Origin: Bdellovibrionota bacterium
GTDB lineage: Bacteria > Bdellovibrionota_C > UBA2361 > JBGSMV01
Assembly: GCA_044356455.1 (NCBI GenBank)
Contig: JBIKWF010000038.1
Span: 1 to 34,805, forward strand
Direction: 5' to 3'
Length of the DNA: 34,805 nt
The notes under the pieces were generated by a model. The model made no database searches. It saw nothing but the letters and a program-made list of their open reading frames with translations, and had not been told where the DNA came from. How positions within the stretch are numbered: position 1 is the first letter of the stretch; each line of letters begins with the position of its first letter. This document shows, piece after piece, positions 1-10,532 of this stretch. The translations under genes and the position numbers were made by a program.

Positions 1-41
1 TGCGGAGAAGGTAGCTTTACAGACCTTACTTTGGAGATTCT

Positions 42-599
42 ATGCATGCCCCGTCGCATCGTCCTGGGAAGGCGACTCCGCTTAACCCGCAGACAAGAGA
101 GCCCTGCGCCCTCGAGGTTCAGACAGGCAACCGATTGCATACCGTGCGCCGTTCTCCCACGAACGACGCGCCTCGCATGCCACCCGTCTCTGGAGCACAG
201 GCAGAGATAGCTCCCGGTGAGATGACGGTAGAAGACCGCAAATTTATTGAATCCCTGATGGGGAATCCCGCCCTACGTGAAAATGTGGGCAGGCGCTTAG
301 GTATTCCTAAGAGCACTCTTGACGCGATGTTCACTGCTAAAGGGAAGTTCGTCCCTACTTCAGAATCCGGAGACGAATTTTGTTCTGCTCGGACGTCTCT
401 ATGCCTGTTGCATCGCTGGGAGGCGGCGGTGAATCAGGCTAGTCATGAGATCCCGCATGACCCTGACGCAGAAAAGAAGCTGCGGTTTCGCGCAGTGGTG
501 GACAGAGTCACGCGAGCACGGGATTTTTTCGGACCTTCGTTCGAGGCCTTCTATCCTCCAGGAACGCGGGCTTCTGTCACTCTCGCCGACGAAGACTAA
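42..599 (+). CDS. hypothetical protein (185 aa)
   Basis: ORF with GGAG RBS just upstream of ATG; no recognisable motif. Confidence 0.55.
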   Translation: MHAPSHRPGKATPLNPQTREPCALEVQTGNRLHTVRRSPTNDAPRMPPVSGAQAEIAPGEMTVEDRKFIESLMGNPALRENVGRRLGIPKSTLDAMFTAKGKFVPTSESGDEFCSARTSLCLLHRWEAAVNQASHEIPHDPDAEKKLRFRAVVDRVTRARDFFGPSFEAFYPPGTRASVTLADED

Positions 600-652
600 T
601 CTAGGGAATCTCCGCAAGACCAAGGGCTCCTCGGCTCTTACGCGAGCGAGGC

Positions 653-2434
653 TCATTCCTCCTCAATGTCATCTTTAGAGAATCGCTGTTCCGGACTGTA
701 TTTGGTCTTAGAGACGATTCGTTTGCCTTTCTTTACGATGACGCGATACTTCGCGGTATAGGTGCCAGACTTGAGGCGCTTAAAGGATATTTCGTTCCTT
801 TTGGTGAGTTTTCTGCGATTGTCTGCGGCTCTCCCCGTGCGTCCTTCTCTTGTGATGCGAATATCGTAGTACGTCTGTCTTCTTGTTGCTGGCAGCGGAG
901 CCCCCGTCACAAAGGCAGAGGCTGTGGTGGTGGCGAATGCTTCTAGCGAGAAACTCGCGTCTTCTCCCTCTATATCGGTATCTGGAGGGACTTCGAGGGC
1001 GGTGTTTCTCGAAAGAGGGCGTGGGGGAACGGTGAGGCGGGTGGCGAATATATCGGTTGTGCTCTCGGGCGCGTCGTCCGTTAAATTGGACGCATTGGAG
1101 ACAAATAGCACTACGAGGTCGTCGGAATTAAATCTTCCGCGTGCAAGAACAGGGCTCGCACTTGCTTGATCAGCCTGTGAGCCAAGAGCGCTTTGAGAGA
1201 CGCGAACAATTGCTCCTGTTTCAGAGTCTGAGAGGAAGACATCGGGCAATCCGTTGGTATCAGAAGCCACAAGGTTAGTGGACCAATCAGAAAAGCTCAC
1301 GAAGCGTCCGCTCGCGTCGATGTCTGTTGTCACACCAGTTGCAATAGTTCCATCCCCAGGGCTGCCATCCGTGGCTATGTTTACGCGGGTGCTTTGGCCA
1401 GTTCGGGCGTCGTAGCGCACAATCTGCACCGCGTCGTCGAGCGTCGTTTTACCATCGCCGAGAATATTCTTCGCGCGCGTGGCATATACGATTACATTTC
1501 CAGAATAGTTCACCGCCGCGAAGAAGCTTGCGGCATCCCCTGGGGCGCCACTCGCGTCTTTACTCACGAGCTCAAGCTCTCCGGTGGCGACACGATAAAG
1601 ATAAATTTGGCGGTGAGAAGGGGTAAGGCCCTCAATAAGATTGGTGGCATCCGACTCAAAAACTACTACTGAGCCGTCGCGGCTGATGCGTGGGGCGGAA
1701 CTTGCCGCATTTGCATCGGAGCCATTAAACGCGGAACTCACTTTGACCGTAGAGAGGCCAGTTTCAAGAAAGGAGCCGTCCTCGGTGGGCTTCACGATAG
1801 TTGCTAAGAAAATATCGGCGACACCGTTGGTGTCATTAGCAACAAGATTAGAGGCAAGGGAGGTATAGGCGACGAGAACCCGGTTTGGTTCGGGAACTAA
1901 TGTTGCGGATGGTTCCGAGCTCGCTCCATTCGCTTCCGTCACTTGAGGTCCCACGGAGATACGCTCGGTAAAATTGCGAGTAGGGACGTGCATGAATATG
2001 TCCATGACGCCGTTGCTATCGGATAAGTCGGATCGCCTAACGAGGTTCGATGCCACCGACTCAAAGAGGACGGCGAAAAAACGTCCCGGGCTCGTGGGGG
2101 TAAGGGAAGGGTTCGTCGAGCGACCATTTCCCCCAATTCCGAGGGGAGTTTCGCTTATGCGCTTGATAGTTTCAGAAAGCCCTCGCTTGAGAAAAATATC
2201 GCTGACGCCGTTGCCGTCTCCTTGAGTCAAATTAGAGGCTCTAGACTGGAACACCACCTGTCCGCGGTTGGCGCCAATGGCGGGGGACGAGCTGTCGTTG
2301 TTTCCGCTGGTTCCAAGTTCGTTCTTAGAGACCTTAGTAACGGAGACGATGGTCTGAGAAAAGCTAGGGGAGGGGGCAGTAAGCGCAAGCAGTATCACAG
2401 AAAAGGCGATGAGGGTGAAGCGAGCGGTGTGCAT
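653..2434 (-). CDS. secreted TolB/PD40-like beta-propeller repeat protein with basic C-terminal beta domain
   Basis: Repeats of the type VVFxSxASNL...DxNGVxDIF; signal peptide MHTARFTLIAFSVILLAL; start moved from 2551 to ATG 2434, which has an AGGAG RBS. Confidence 0.85.
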   Translation of the reverse strand: MHTARFTLIAFSVILLALTAPSPSFSQTIVSVTKVSKNELGTSGNNDSSSPAIGANRGQVVFQSRASNLTQGDGNGVSDIFLKRGLSETIKRISETPLGIGGNGRSTNPSLTPTSPGRFFAVLFESVASNLVRRSDLSDSNGVMDIFMHVPTRNFTERISVGPQVTEANGASSEPSATLVPEPNRVLVAYTSLASNLVANDTNGVADIFLATIVKPTEDGSFLETGLSTVKVSSAFNGSDANAASSAPRISRDGSVVVFESDATNLIEGLTPSHRQIYLYRVATGELELVSKDASGAPGDAASFFAAVNYSGNVIVYATRAKNILGDGKTTLDDAVQIVRYDARTGQSTRVNIATDGSPGDGTIATGVTTDIDASGRFVSFSDWSTNLVASDTNGLPDVFLSDSETGAIVRVSQSALGSQADQASASPVLARGRFNSDDLVVLFVSNASNLTDDAPESTTDIFATRLTVPPRPLSRNTALEVPPDTDIEGEDASFSLEAFATTTASAFVTGAPLPATRRQTYYDIRITREGRTGRAADNRRKLTKRNEISFKRLKSGTYTAKYRVIVKKGKRIVSKTKYSPEQRFSKDDIEEE

Positions 2435-2625
2435 GTGGGCTCCTGGCCAAAAGAAAAAAAGGGATGTGAGGTGCCTCCGTGTTTTGTGAGGAGTTGGCGG
2501 CGATTCCGCCCTCGATTTCTCGACCATAACCTTTAGGGCAGCTTGCCCCAAGACAAAAAGAACTGGCTTACTCGCCGGAGGGGCTTTTACTGCGGAGTGG
2601 GAGAAGTTTTAATTCAGGCACCCAT

Positions 2626-5331
2626 TCACCTATGCACCACAACCCACACGCCCCTATTAGAGAGCGAGTCTCTCACGACTTCACCCCCACCAGGGAACGT
2701 GAGGATTTGACCGGAAGGGGTTCTTAAAAGAGCTGGACTGGTGCTAATAATGCTATTCTCAAGCGGGATTTCAGGGGCTATGTCGGGGGTAAATCTGTAT
2801 ACGGTGGCATAGTCCGATTCCTGGGAGGTAAGGATATAGTCGTCCTCCCATCCGATAAGATCGCTGATCTGTGATTGACGATTCACAGAGTATCCCATGG
2901 TGCTATCATAGGTACGCAAAGCCTCGCTAAAAAGTTGCATGTCCGAGCGAGTTGCTAGTCCAGCCGGATTCCAAAAAAGAATGGGTTCCGTGGTAGAAAG
3001 TAAAGCGTGGTAGAGCAGCTCGAAGTAGTAATCGTTATCGTCGTAGCGGCAGTTGCCGCAGGCATCTACATTAGGCTGTGAGCCAAAACTCTTGTAGGCA
3101 ATCCAAGGCTGAAACGGCACATCCGGTCGTGCGATGGTGCCGCTTCTTAGCACATTTAAGTCAGCGCGCACGGCGTTAAATCCTGTCCCAAGGTATCGAA
3201 GCCAGGGATCTCGCACGTAATAGTAGGCCATATCAGGAAGGAATCCATACATGGGTGTCGCCTGGCGGTTGCCGACCAGCACCCGTCCCTCATCTGCAAA
3301 GAGCGACGCGCGATGCCCATAGGCGTCCGGCAAATTGTGGCTAGGATGGGAGTAAGTCGACTCGTACTCGCTCATCTTTATTTGTGGGTACAAAGCGGCT
3401 ATGGGCGCTTCTACTGCATAGCGCTTATAGATTGCCGCGCGTCGGCCCATTAGTTCATTCCATTGAAGATAAGCATTCCGGTGTGGCCCCGCTCGGACGG
3501 GGAACCAATTCGCCACATGCGCCGTAAGGGAGCCTTCCGAGAGCTGTGTTCTAAGGCTTGTCGTCTGGGTAAAGCCAAACTCCCCTGAGTCAATTCGATC
3601 CATGCGAGGGTCGTTCTCAATTGCTTGATAATACCTAAGGCGCCTTTGCTCAGCGAGCGCCTCACCAACTACGTGCCGGTCCGCTCCGTAGCGATCACGG
3701 GCAAAGTTGTCAAGTTGCCAGTTGGTCATCGTGCGTTCCGTGTCGAGCACAAGATAGTCAACCTGACCTCCGAGTCGGTGAAACTCGTTGATGAATCGTT
3801 CAATCCGGCAGCGTGATTCCCGAGCGGCATTGTCCCACCAGGGACTAAGGTAAGGATGAAAAGTGCCCGCTTCATCCGACCATCCCTGAACTTGGCCTTG
3901 GGAGTCTTTCACAAAGTCTCGTGGGTCATCCCAGAGAGGGGTAAGTTCCCAAAAGAGCATGATGGACTTAAATCCTGTCGGCATACGATCTGTATGTTCC
4001 TTGGCGAGCCGCGCCCTTTCTTTTATCTCGCGAACGAACTGAGGCATCGAGCAAGCATAAGGATAGTCCGTGCTCGTCCACTCACGAACCGTGTACCAGG
4101 GCAGGATATTGTCGAGCCCCTCTGTGTTCTCCCTGGACCAGGCAAGTCCCTTGCGTTCGGAACTACGAATCGCCTGCAAGGGAAGCTCGAGAGAGGCGCG
4201 TCCTGTCGCGTCGCTGATGACTAGCTGTGCGTCGTTGCCCGAGATATATCGAAGGCCAGTGAACTCAGCTAAGCCATTAGTAGCGACAGCCTGTGTTGGT
4301 CCGCGCAGCGTGCCGTTGCCTGAGAGTAAGGTTAGACTGAGCGCGACCCCAGGGCACGGGTTCAGATAACGATCGCGGGCTTCAACTTCAACGTTAAAGT
4401 CCACGTGGATATCTATCTGGCGAGGAATTTCAGAAGCGAGCTGTAGGGTATGGACCTCGGCTGCGGTCACACTAAGAGCATGCGAAAGCTCGCTTTCGAT
4501 AAGGGGCGAGGTGATAGAAATGTTATAGCTTCCTACCTGACGTGGAGCTTCAACCGAGAAGCGAACCAGCCCCTCAAGCGCTCTCAGGCGCTGCGAACGA
4601 ACTATGGTGCCGGAACTTGATTGCACTACAAGTGATGCTTCGATGACATCACGATAAGCGGTGCGATTCCCATTCGAGTTAAGAAATTCAACCTCAAAAA
4701 ATAGCCGGCCGTCGGCGGTGAGGGAGCGTGGAGCCGTTCCTCGAATCTGCATTGCCTCTGGGGGAGGCGGTGGGAGTGGGGTTGGGGTCGAGGTGGTGGT
4801 TGCTGTTGCCGTAGCGGTTGAAGTCGCCGTGGGCGATGCGCGAGGCGTGGGGGATTCTGTCTCTGGTGCATTTGCGGTGGGTGTTGCCACAGGGCTTAAG
4901 GTAGGCGGAGGGAGAGGCGGCTGCCCAGGGGTGGGCGTCGAGGTACTTGCAGGAGAAGGCACGGTCGGTGTGGGGCTGCCCTCATTAATGGTAGGGCGGC
5001 GCAGTTCCTCGCATATCTGCTTTAGGCGCTTGCGACTTCGGGTGTTCACCTCAATGGGGACAAACTTCGCGCCGGTCTCAACACGTGCAGGAGTAAGCTT
5101 GCCAAGAGTATTGTGCCGCGTAAAGGGACGGCGAACTCTACAAGTAAATCCTCGCCTTGAATCAAGTACGATAAATTGGTGAATGTTACCCGCATTTAGT
5201 CTTAAGATCCGCGGGCGACCCGGGGCCGCGATGGCTTCAGGAAGGCTAATCAAAGCGGCGATAAGAAAGCTGCAAAGAAGCCACCACCTGCCTCTTCCTC
5301 TTGGGCACTCGGGAACAAGCTTCAACAACAT
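2626..5331 (-). CDS. large secreted protein: basic N-terminal module, Pro/Thr linker, Ig-like domains, C-terminal putative glycoside-hydrolase-like domain
   Basis: 901 aa; GGGGAG RBS; signal peptide; PTPT linker; invasin-type Ig signature (VEARDRYLN...GLAEFTGL); aromatic-rich C-terminal half with VDYLVLDTE motif. Confidence 0.75.
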   Translation of the reverse strand: MLLKLVPECPRGRGRWWLLCSFLIAALISLPEAIAAPGRPRILRLNAGNIHQFIVLDSRRGFTCRVRRPFTRHNTLGKLTPARVETGAKFVPIEVNTRSRKRLKQICEELRRPTINEGSPTPTVPSPASTSTPTPGQPPLPPPTLSPVATPTANAPETESPTPRASPTATSTATATATTTSTPTPLPPPPPEAMQIRGTAPRSLTADGRLFFEVEFLNSNGNRTAYRDVIEASLVVQSSSGTIVRSQRLRALEGLVRFSVEAPRQVGSYNISITSPLIESELSHALSVTAAEVHTLQLASEIPRQIDIHVDFNVEVEARDRYLNPCPGVALSLTLLSGNGTLRGPTQAVATNGLAEFTGLRYISGNDAQLVISDATGRASLELPLQAIRSSERKGLAWSRENTEGLDNILPWYTVREWTSTDYPYACSMPQFVREIKERARLAKEHTDRMPTGFKSIMLFWELTPLWDDPRDFVKDSQGQVQGWSDEAGTFHPYLSPWWDNAARESRCRIERFINEFHRLGGQVDYLVLDTERTMTNWQLDNFARDRYGADRHVVGEALAEQRRLRYYQAIENDPRMDRIDSGEFGFTQTTSLRTQLSEGSLTAHVANWFPVRAGPHRNAYLQWNELMGRRAAIYKRYAVEAPIAALYPQIKMSEYESTYSHPSHNLPDAYGHRASLFADEGRVLVGNRQATPMYGFLPDMAYYYVRDPWLRYLGTGFNAVRADLNVLRSGTIARPDVPFQPWIAYKSFGSQPNVDACGNCRYDDNDYYFELLYHALLSTTEPILFWNPAGLATRSDMQLFSEALRTYDSTMGYSVNRQSQISDLIGWEDDYILTSQESDYATVYRFTPDIAPEIPLENSIISTSPALLRTPSGQILTFPGGGEVVRDSLSNRGVWVVVHR

Positions 5332-5423
5332 ACAACTCCCCCTGCTCCAGTCTTGGAAATCTAAGGGAATTGCGTAACAACCTTAAAAAAAACCGCACTC
5401 CCACCCCCACGAAAGAATTCCTA

Positions 5424-5440
5424 AGCAATTTTCTTGCCAA
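5424..5440 (-). promoter_or_regulatory. sigma54 (RpoN) -24/-12 promoter
   Basis: Minus strand reads TTGGCAAGAAAATTGCT (GG-N10-GC; consensus TGGCAC-N5-TTGCW), about 90 bp upstream of the ATG at 5331 and correctly oriented. Confidence 0.65.
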
Positions 5441-5564
5441 CAAAGTAGCGGGCGTGACGAGGGCTTGGTTACCATTTGGGGAGTCAATTTGCTTCGGTCA
5501 AAGAGCCTCTTTGGCATAATTTCGCGCCATCCTTTTAGCCCCGTCTCTCAAACCTCTGGCCCGG

Positions 5565-6392
5565 CTACCGTATCTCAATTGTGGGCGATAGGCTGAACGA
5601 TATTTTCTCAAAGAGGCTGCGCTGGTCACGGTGCAAGAGCCTCGCATCCGCCTCTGTAAGCTTAGAGAGGGGCAAAATGTCAATTTGACAGATCTCTGGT
5701 TTGCCCGTCTCCCGGTTGATGGTGTGATTTCGGCAGGCTCTTCGATATTCGGAATCGGTTCGAACGCGGTCGGCATGTGCGATGATTTTCTGCGCCTCTG
5801 CGTCTGTTAACTCAAGCCGAAATCCGATAACTACGCGCTTTTCGCCGCTTGGAAAAGATAAGGTAAGTGTATCGACCGGGTATAGTCTTTCTGGTTTTGG
5901 ATCGAGAAGTGCCGCGCCTTCTGCATCGACTATTTCTTCCGTGAGTTCTCTCACCGCTCCTTCAGCCGGATGTTCGGCTCTCTGGTTCTGGCTAGGAATC
6001 ACACCAGGCACCTCGGGAACTTTTGATAAATTAATAAATCCTCCGGCAATCATAAAATAGGGCTCGGTGGGATCTGCGGGGTAGCGTGAGCCCTGGTAGT
6101 GTGTTCCGGGGCGGACGACGACAGCATGCCACTCTTTCGTTACTGGATGCTTAAATACAGGCACCACTCCAGTTCCGACGGTGGCCTTGGCGACCACTGA
6201 GATTTCGGGCATCCGCAAAGTCGAATAGGGTGGGAGTTCTCCCCATACTCTCTCAACTAAGAAGCGCAGTACCTCTTGGCGCAGGGGAGCGGAGATGCTG
6301 CCGAGTTCAAACTGTTTAATGATTGCATCCGCAATGAGCGTGGCCTGAGCTTGAACTTTTGATGGCTCTTTCGATGGTGCGAGGTCTGACAT
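5565..6392 (-). CDS. Nudix-family hydrolase
   Basis: AGGF...E-HPAEGAV-RELTEE Nudix box; start at ATG 6392 with GGAGG RBS (ORF open to 6500). Confidence 0.75.
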   Translation of the reverse strand: MSDLAPSKEPSKVQAQATLIADAIIKQFELGSISAPLRQEVLRFLVERVWGELPPYSTLRMPEISVVAKATVGTGVVPVFKHPVTKEWHAVVVRPGTHYQGSRYPADPTEPYFMIAGGFINLSKVPEVPGVIPSQNQRAEHPAEGAVRELTEEIVDAEGAALLDPKPERLYPVDTLTLSFPSGEKRVVIGFRLELTDAEAQKIIAHADRVRTDSEYRRACRNHTINRETGKPEICQIDILPLSKLTEADARLLHRDQRSLFEKISFSLSPTIEIR

Positions 6393-6664
6393 TATTCCCT
6401 CCGTGGATGTTGCTGGGCTGAGAATGTAGTAAGAGAGAGAACGTCGCGATTTTGTGTGTGAGTTGTTAGAAAATAAGAGAACTTCTGAGAATATTGGCAA
6501 AAGTATAGTGAAGGGTGCAGGGCTTCGAATCGGTTGCCAAAGAGATGCCTGTGGATGTCTTAGGCTAACCTCTCGAAAATTAGGAAGCTCGCCGCGCTCC
6601 GCCTATGCCAGTATGTGGGGCTTGCCAATATGCCGTCCATGAGTCATTGCGGTTGTTCAATCAG

Positions 6665-7090
6665 CCAGGTCGATAAGTACAGGCCACGTGCCAGGACGGA
6701 AGATCTTGCGGCACCGCGGGGACGCGGCGCCCTACCTAGATCCTGCGCCCATGGGTACGGCGCGCCGTTCCGCCTTTGCCGGTAGGCGACGACGCGACAA
6801 GCCCCGGCGTGCCGAATGGAGCGCCGCGGGGAGTTCCATGAGTCGTCGTGTTCGCAGGATGGGCCAGGTCGACAAATACAGGCTACGTGCCAAGACGGAA
6901 GAGCTTGCGGCACCGCGGGACGCGGCGCCCTACCAAGATGCTACCGCCCATGGGTAGGGCGCGCCGTCCCCGGCGTGCCGAATCAGGTGCCACGGGGAGA
7001 GTTTCGCCGTCGCCTCCCGGCAGAGGCGGAACGCAGCGCGCTTCCAAGAAGCCGTGCCCATGGGTAGGGCGCCCTGTCCTCAGGGCGCCG
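6665..7090 (-). repeat. degenerate BIME/REPIN-like cluster of GTAG REPs, an inverted copy of the 15.1-15.8 kb array unit
   Basis: Reverse complement matches the array unit (GGTAGGGCGCCGCGTCCCCGCGGTGCCGCAAGATCTTCCGT..., GCCTGTATTTGTCGA, CATGGGC linkers); additional REP variant GGTAGGGCGCCCTGTCCTCAGGGCGCCG at 7063-7090. Confidence 0.9.
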
Positions 7091-7131
7091 AAGAAATCGC
7101 CGCGGAGCGTACTCGCTCATCTAGGGTGATA

Positions 7132-10023
7132 CTAAGAGCAGGAGCTCTTTGTCGTCGGAATTCCTGAAAGGCCCTCTAAATTCTTCTTAGCAAGCGCATT
7201 CATGGCACTTAGCAGCGCCGCACCTGCGCGTCGATTCCCCGTCGCGTTTCTTAGCAGCTGCACGCCGGTCCGTAGAGATTTGGCGAGGGCGTCGGAACCA
7301 AGCGCATAGGTCGCGGCATTGGCAGAGGCGTCCGCGGTGACACAGAACGCTGAGTTGCTGCAGTTTCTTATCACGCTTTCATAAGCCCAAATTGCGGTCC
7401 ACATTTGAGTGTAGGTCTTTTGGGCATCACGCACGAGGTTGTTCGCGCTTCGGCGCACTGACTTGTTGGCCGAGGCTGAAAGGACACGGCTACGCACTCG
7501 CTTTACAAGCTGGAGCTGCTCTGAGGCTTGGCCATCGAGGGCCACCTGCACGCTTGAGATGTTCACTTCGGTGCAGCCAAGACAAGAGCTGCCGTCTCCA
7601 TTACAGACTCCGCAGCGATCGAGTGTCGCTAAGCCGCCGACAATACCCAAGCAGTCGGCCCCGGGTGTTGCCGAAATAGTTGGTGGAACTGTGGGTGAAG
7701 GCAACGTAGGCGTTGCGGTAGGAGTGGCAGTCTCAGTTCCACTTCCCTCAGTTGGAGTTGCGGTCGCGGTTGGGGTCGATGTCTCTGTGGGAATCTCTCC
7801 GCTTGTCGCGGTAGGGGTCGCCGTCTCGGTCGGGGTGGGCCCGCTCGGCGTGTTGGTGGGAGTCGCGGTAAAAGTCGCAGTTGCCTCTTCCGTTGGCGTA
7901 GAAGTGGCAGTTGCGGTTGGTGTCTCGGTAGCTACGTCCGTAGGCGTAGGAGTTGCGGTGCTTGTTGGGGTCTCTGTAGGAGGAGTTTCTCCCGGAGTGG
8001 CCGTAGCCGTGGCGGTGGCCGTTGCTTCCTCGGTGGCAGTGGGGGTGGCTGTCGCCGTTGGAGTTTCGGTAGCAGTTTCTGTCGGAGTTGCCGTAGCCGT
8101 TGCTGTGGCAGTTTCGGTGGGAGTAGGGCCACCAGGAGTTGCGGTCGCAGTCGCTGTTGCGGTTTCCGTTGGCGTTTCGGTCGGGGTGAAGGTCGCCGTT
8201 GCTGTCGGAGTTTCCGTAGGAGTCGGCGTTTCCGTTGGAGTTGGTGTTTGGGTAGGAGTGTTCGTTGCAGTTGGCGTTGACGTTGCGGTGGGGGTAGGAG
8301 TTGCCCCTACATTGGAGGACTCGTATGAGCCCACATCACAGGCAATGTCGCCTTGGGGACGAGGGAAACCGCGTTGATCTAGATTGAGTATGGGGAGACC
8401 CGCGCAGACCGCCGCACTTCCCGCTCCAAGGGCGGAGCTGCTTGTTCCCAACGGGAATGCATAAGTAACAATATTGGGAATTGCGAAGGTAAGTTCCGCC
8501 GAGCCAATGGCAGGGCTTGCGCTCACGGCGGGCGAGTTAGGACAAGGATCCGAATCCGGGAAAACTACGTTGTTCGTGCCCTCGGCCGAGGTAGTACCGC
8601 CTGAGCAGTTTGAGCCTACCGCAGCACTATTTGAGGAAAGGATGACGTTCTCAAGCAGGATTTCGTCATTCAGGGTTCCGCCTAGGTTATCCCCATCTCC
8701 ATCATTGTAAATTCCGCCGCCTTCTGCAGCAGAGTTGTTGCCAATGGTAACATTGCGAAGCGTTAAGAGCGTATCATCACGCAGATGATAGATTGCGCCG
8801 CCGCGATTTACTGCATTGTTGTCACTGAAAGAGCTATTAGCGACGAGGGTGGTTTCGTCGGAGCTGGTATTCGCAAACGCTCCTCCGTCGTTAGCGCTGA
8901 CATTCCCTACGAAACTTGTTCCCAAGACAAGCGCCGTGCCGAAATTATGAAACGCGCCGCCACGAGCCGATGCGCCATTGGCCTTGTTTGGATCTGTCAG
9001 GGTATTAAACGGCGCGGGGAGGGGAAGTGGGGTAGTTCCCAAGTGGGAAAAGTTGAGCGAAAGGTTCCCGCTGGAAGCGTTAAAGATAGCCCCGCCATGC
9101 CATTCATCGCCATTTACTTCATTTCCGGCGAAGACGCAGGCCGTGACGTTCATCACTGTGCGGTTGTGAATCGCTCCGCCGCCCGAATTGGTGCTTTGTC
9201 CACTATTCGCTATGTTTTTGTTAAAACGCGAGCCAGTAATATTTGAGATAGAGGTGGTTGCGAAAATCGCTCCGCCCACGCCGCCGTCAGTTTGGCCGCT
9301 GGGGTCAGTGCCTGCGAGATTTTCAGAAAAGTTGCTGCCGTTAATGGTCAGGGTGAAGCCGCTGTCTTTGTAGATTGCGCCGCCATCATTTCCAGCTTCG
9401 TTGTTTTCAAACGTACAGCCGTCAATATCTAATGTGCCGCTGCTCGAAATAGCGCCGCCATTTTGGTTTGCCTTGTTGTTACGGAAGGTACTTCCGTCGC
9501 ACTCAAGAAGGCCGCCATCTTGACGTATCGCGCCGCCCGTCTGATTGCTGCCGCGTTCAAGAATCACGTTTGAAAGACGAAGTGCGCCGGCGCTCGATGA
9601 AACAACAAAGAGTCTTACGGCATCAGCTCCAGAAAGAGTCACGGGCCCTTCTAGGAGCACGTCCGTGATGACAAAAATTTCGTCGGTGAGAGTAATGGAG
9701 CTTACGCCAGAGAACTGAATGGTATCCGGGCCATTTGTTCCGACATCGCAATCTGGTGAGGGGGCTGGGCCACCATCAGTATCATTCGCATTATTGATGG
9801 CCTCTCGAAGGCTACATACGCCATTGTTGTTGAGAGCGCTCAATGTTCCGTCAGTGCTTGCGTCGACGGTAATAGTATTTGCAAATGCCAACGCGGTAAG
9901 ACCCGGAGCGGTAAGACAAAGCATCGCAGCCAGAAGAAGAGCGAGGGAAGCGCTCAGCGAGCGAAATGCGTTACGCATCTCACGGCATTTCAAACTGCGG
10001 CCAGAATTGGTGAAAGAACGCAT
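7132..10023 (-). CDS. secreted CSLREA-domain / right-handed beta-helix protein with choice-of-anchor Q-like segment, long PT/TAT stalk and Cys-containing basic C-terminal domain
   Basis: CSLREAI motif; GGAI/FxxN repeats; DQRGFPR...CDVGSYE; about 210 aa of TPT/TAT repeats; DCLG...[21 protein letters not shown] before ATG 10023 (ORF open to 10245). Confidence 0.88.
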   Translation of the reverse strand: MRSFTNSGRSLKCREMRNAFRSLSASLALLLAAMLCLTAPGLTALAFANTITVDASTDGTLSALNNNGVCSLREAINNANDTDGGPAPSPDCDVGTNGPDTIQFSGVSSITLTDEIFVITDVLLEGPVTLSGADAVRLFVVSSSAGALRLSNVILERGSNQTGGAIRQDGGLLECDGSTFRNNKANQNGGAISSSGTLDIDGCTFENNEAGNDGGAIYKDSGFTLTINGSNFSENLAGTDPSGQTDGGVGGAIFATTSISNITGSRFNKNIANSGQSTNSGGGAIHNRTVMNVTACVFAGNEVNGDEWHGGAIFNASSGNLSLNFSHLGTTPLPLPAPFNTLTDPNKANGASARGGAFHNFGTALVLGTSFVGNVSANDGGAFANTSSDETTLVANSSFSDNNAVNRGGAIYHLRDDTLLTLRNVTIGNNSAAEGGGIYNDGDGDNLGGTLNDEILLENVILSSNSAAVGSNCSGGTTSAEGTNNVVFPDSDPCPNSPAVSASPAIGSAELTFAIPNIVTYAFPLGTSSSALGAGSAAVCAGLPILNLDQRGFPRPQGDIACDVGSYESSNVGATPTPTATSTPTATNTPTQTPTPTETPTPTETPTATATFTPTETPTETATATATATPGGPTPTETATATATATPTETATETPTATATPTATEEATATATATATPGETPPTETPTSTATPTPTDVATETPTATATSTPTEEATATFTATPTNTPSGPTPTETATPTATSGEIPTETSTPTATATPTEGSGTETATPTATPTLPSPTVPPTISATPGADCLGIVGGLATLDRCGVCNGDGSSCLGCTEVNISSVQVALDGQASEQLQLVKRVRSRVLSASANKSVRRSANNLVRDAQKTYTQMWTAIWAYESVIRNCSNSAFCVTADASANAATYALGSDALAKSLRTGVQLLRNATGNRRAGAALLSAMNALAKKNLEGLSGIPTTKSSCS

Positions 10024-10532
10024 AGCATCTCCTAGGCCCAAATAGATTACGGGATGGGGGATCCCTAGCATTGATGAGCAAGAAGATGAAGTATTCCAGA
10101 GGTTTCCCCGATGCCACTCAAAGATGGCGCAACTCTCTGAAAAGCTTGGCTGTTTAAGATGAAGTGAGCAAAAGCTACTGACGGCTAAGCAAGGCAAGCG
10201 AGGCGCACGTCCACTGAGCAGGGTAAACCTTGAGAGAAACCTCATTGGTGACTGCTAAGTGGGCGAGGGCCTCGGCGTGTACTACCCAACGTGCTCTTCG
10301 GATTAAACGTCAGGAGTCCATGGCCCTTGCCAGTTCTTGAAGCGCAGGAAGAAATTGAGAATGAACGGCTCTAAAATATGCGCGATCTCAATTTGTTTGT
10401 CGCCTTGGGAAGGGTGCTTTACCGGCTCTTGCTCCGCGAGCCGCTCTAAGTAGCTGAATTTTATTCGGTATTAATGTGGCCTCTTCGCCCAAGAAGCTTG
10501 AGGGATGCGCGCAGAAGGCCGTCTATATAGGT

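Noticed and set aside
601..612. Solo MITE end CTAGGGAATCTC directly after the stop of ORF 42-599 (similar weak match near 6561)
   Set aside because: Only 12 bp with no partner end or internal hairpin; it may be a relic but cannot be supported as an element.
7439..8377. Val/Gly/Ala-rich membrane-protein-like ORF (also 4661-5182 and 17663-17845)
   Set aside because: Antisense shadows of Thr/Pro/Ala linkers of real minus-strand genes.
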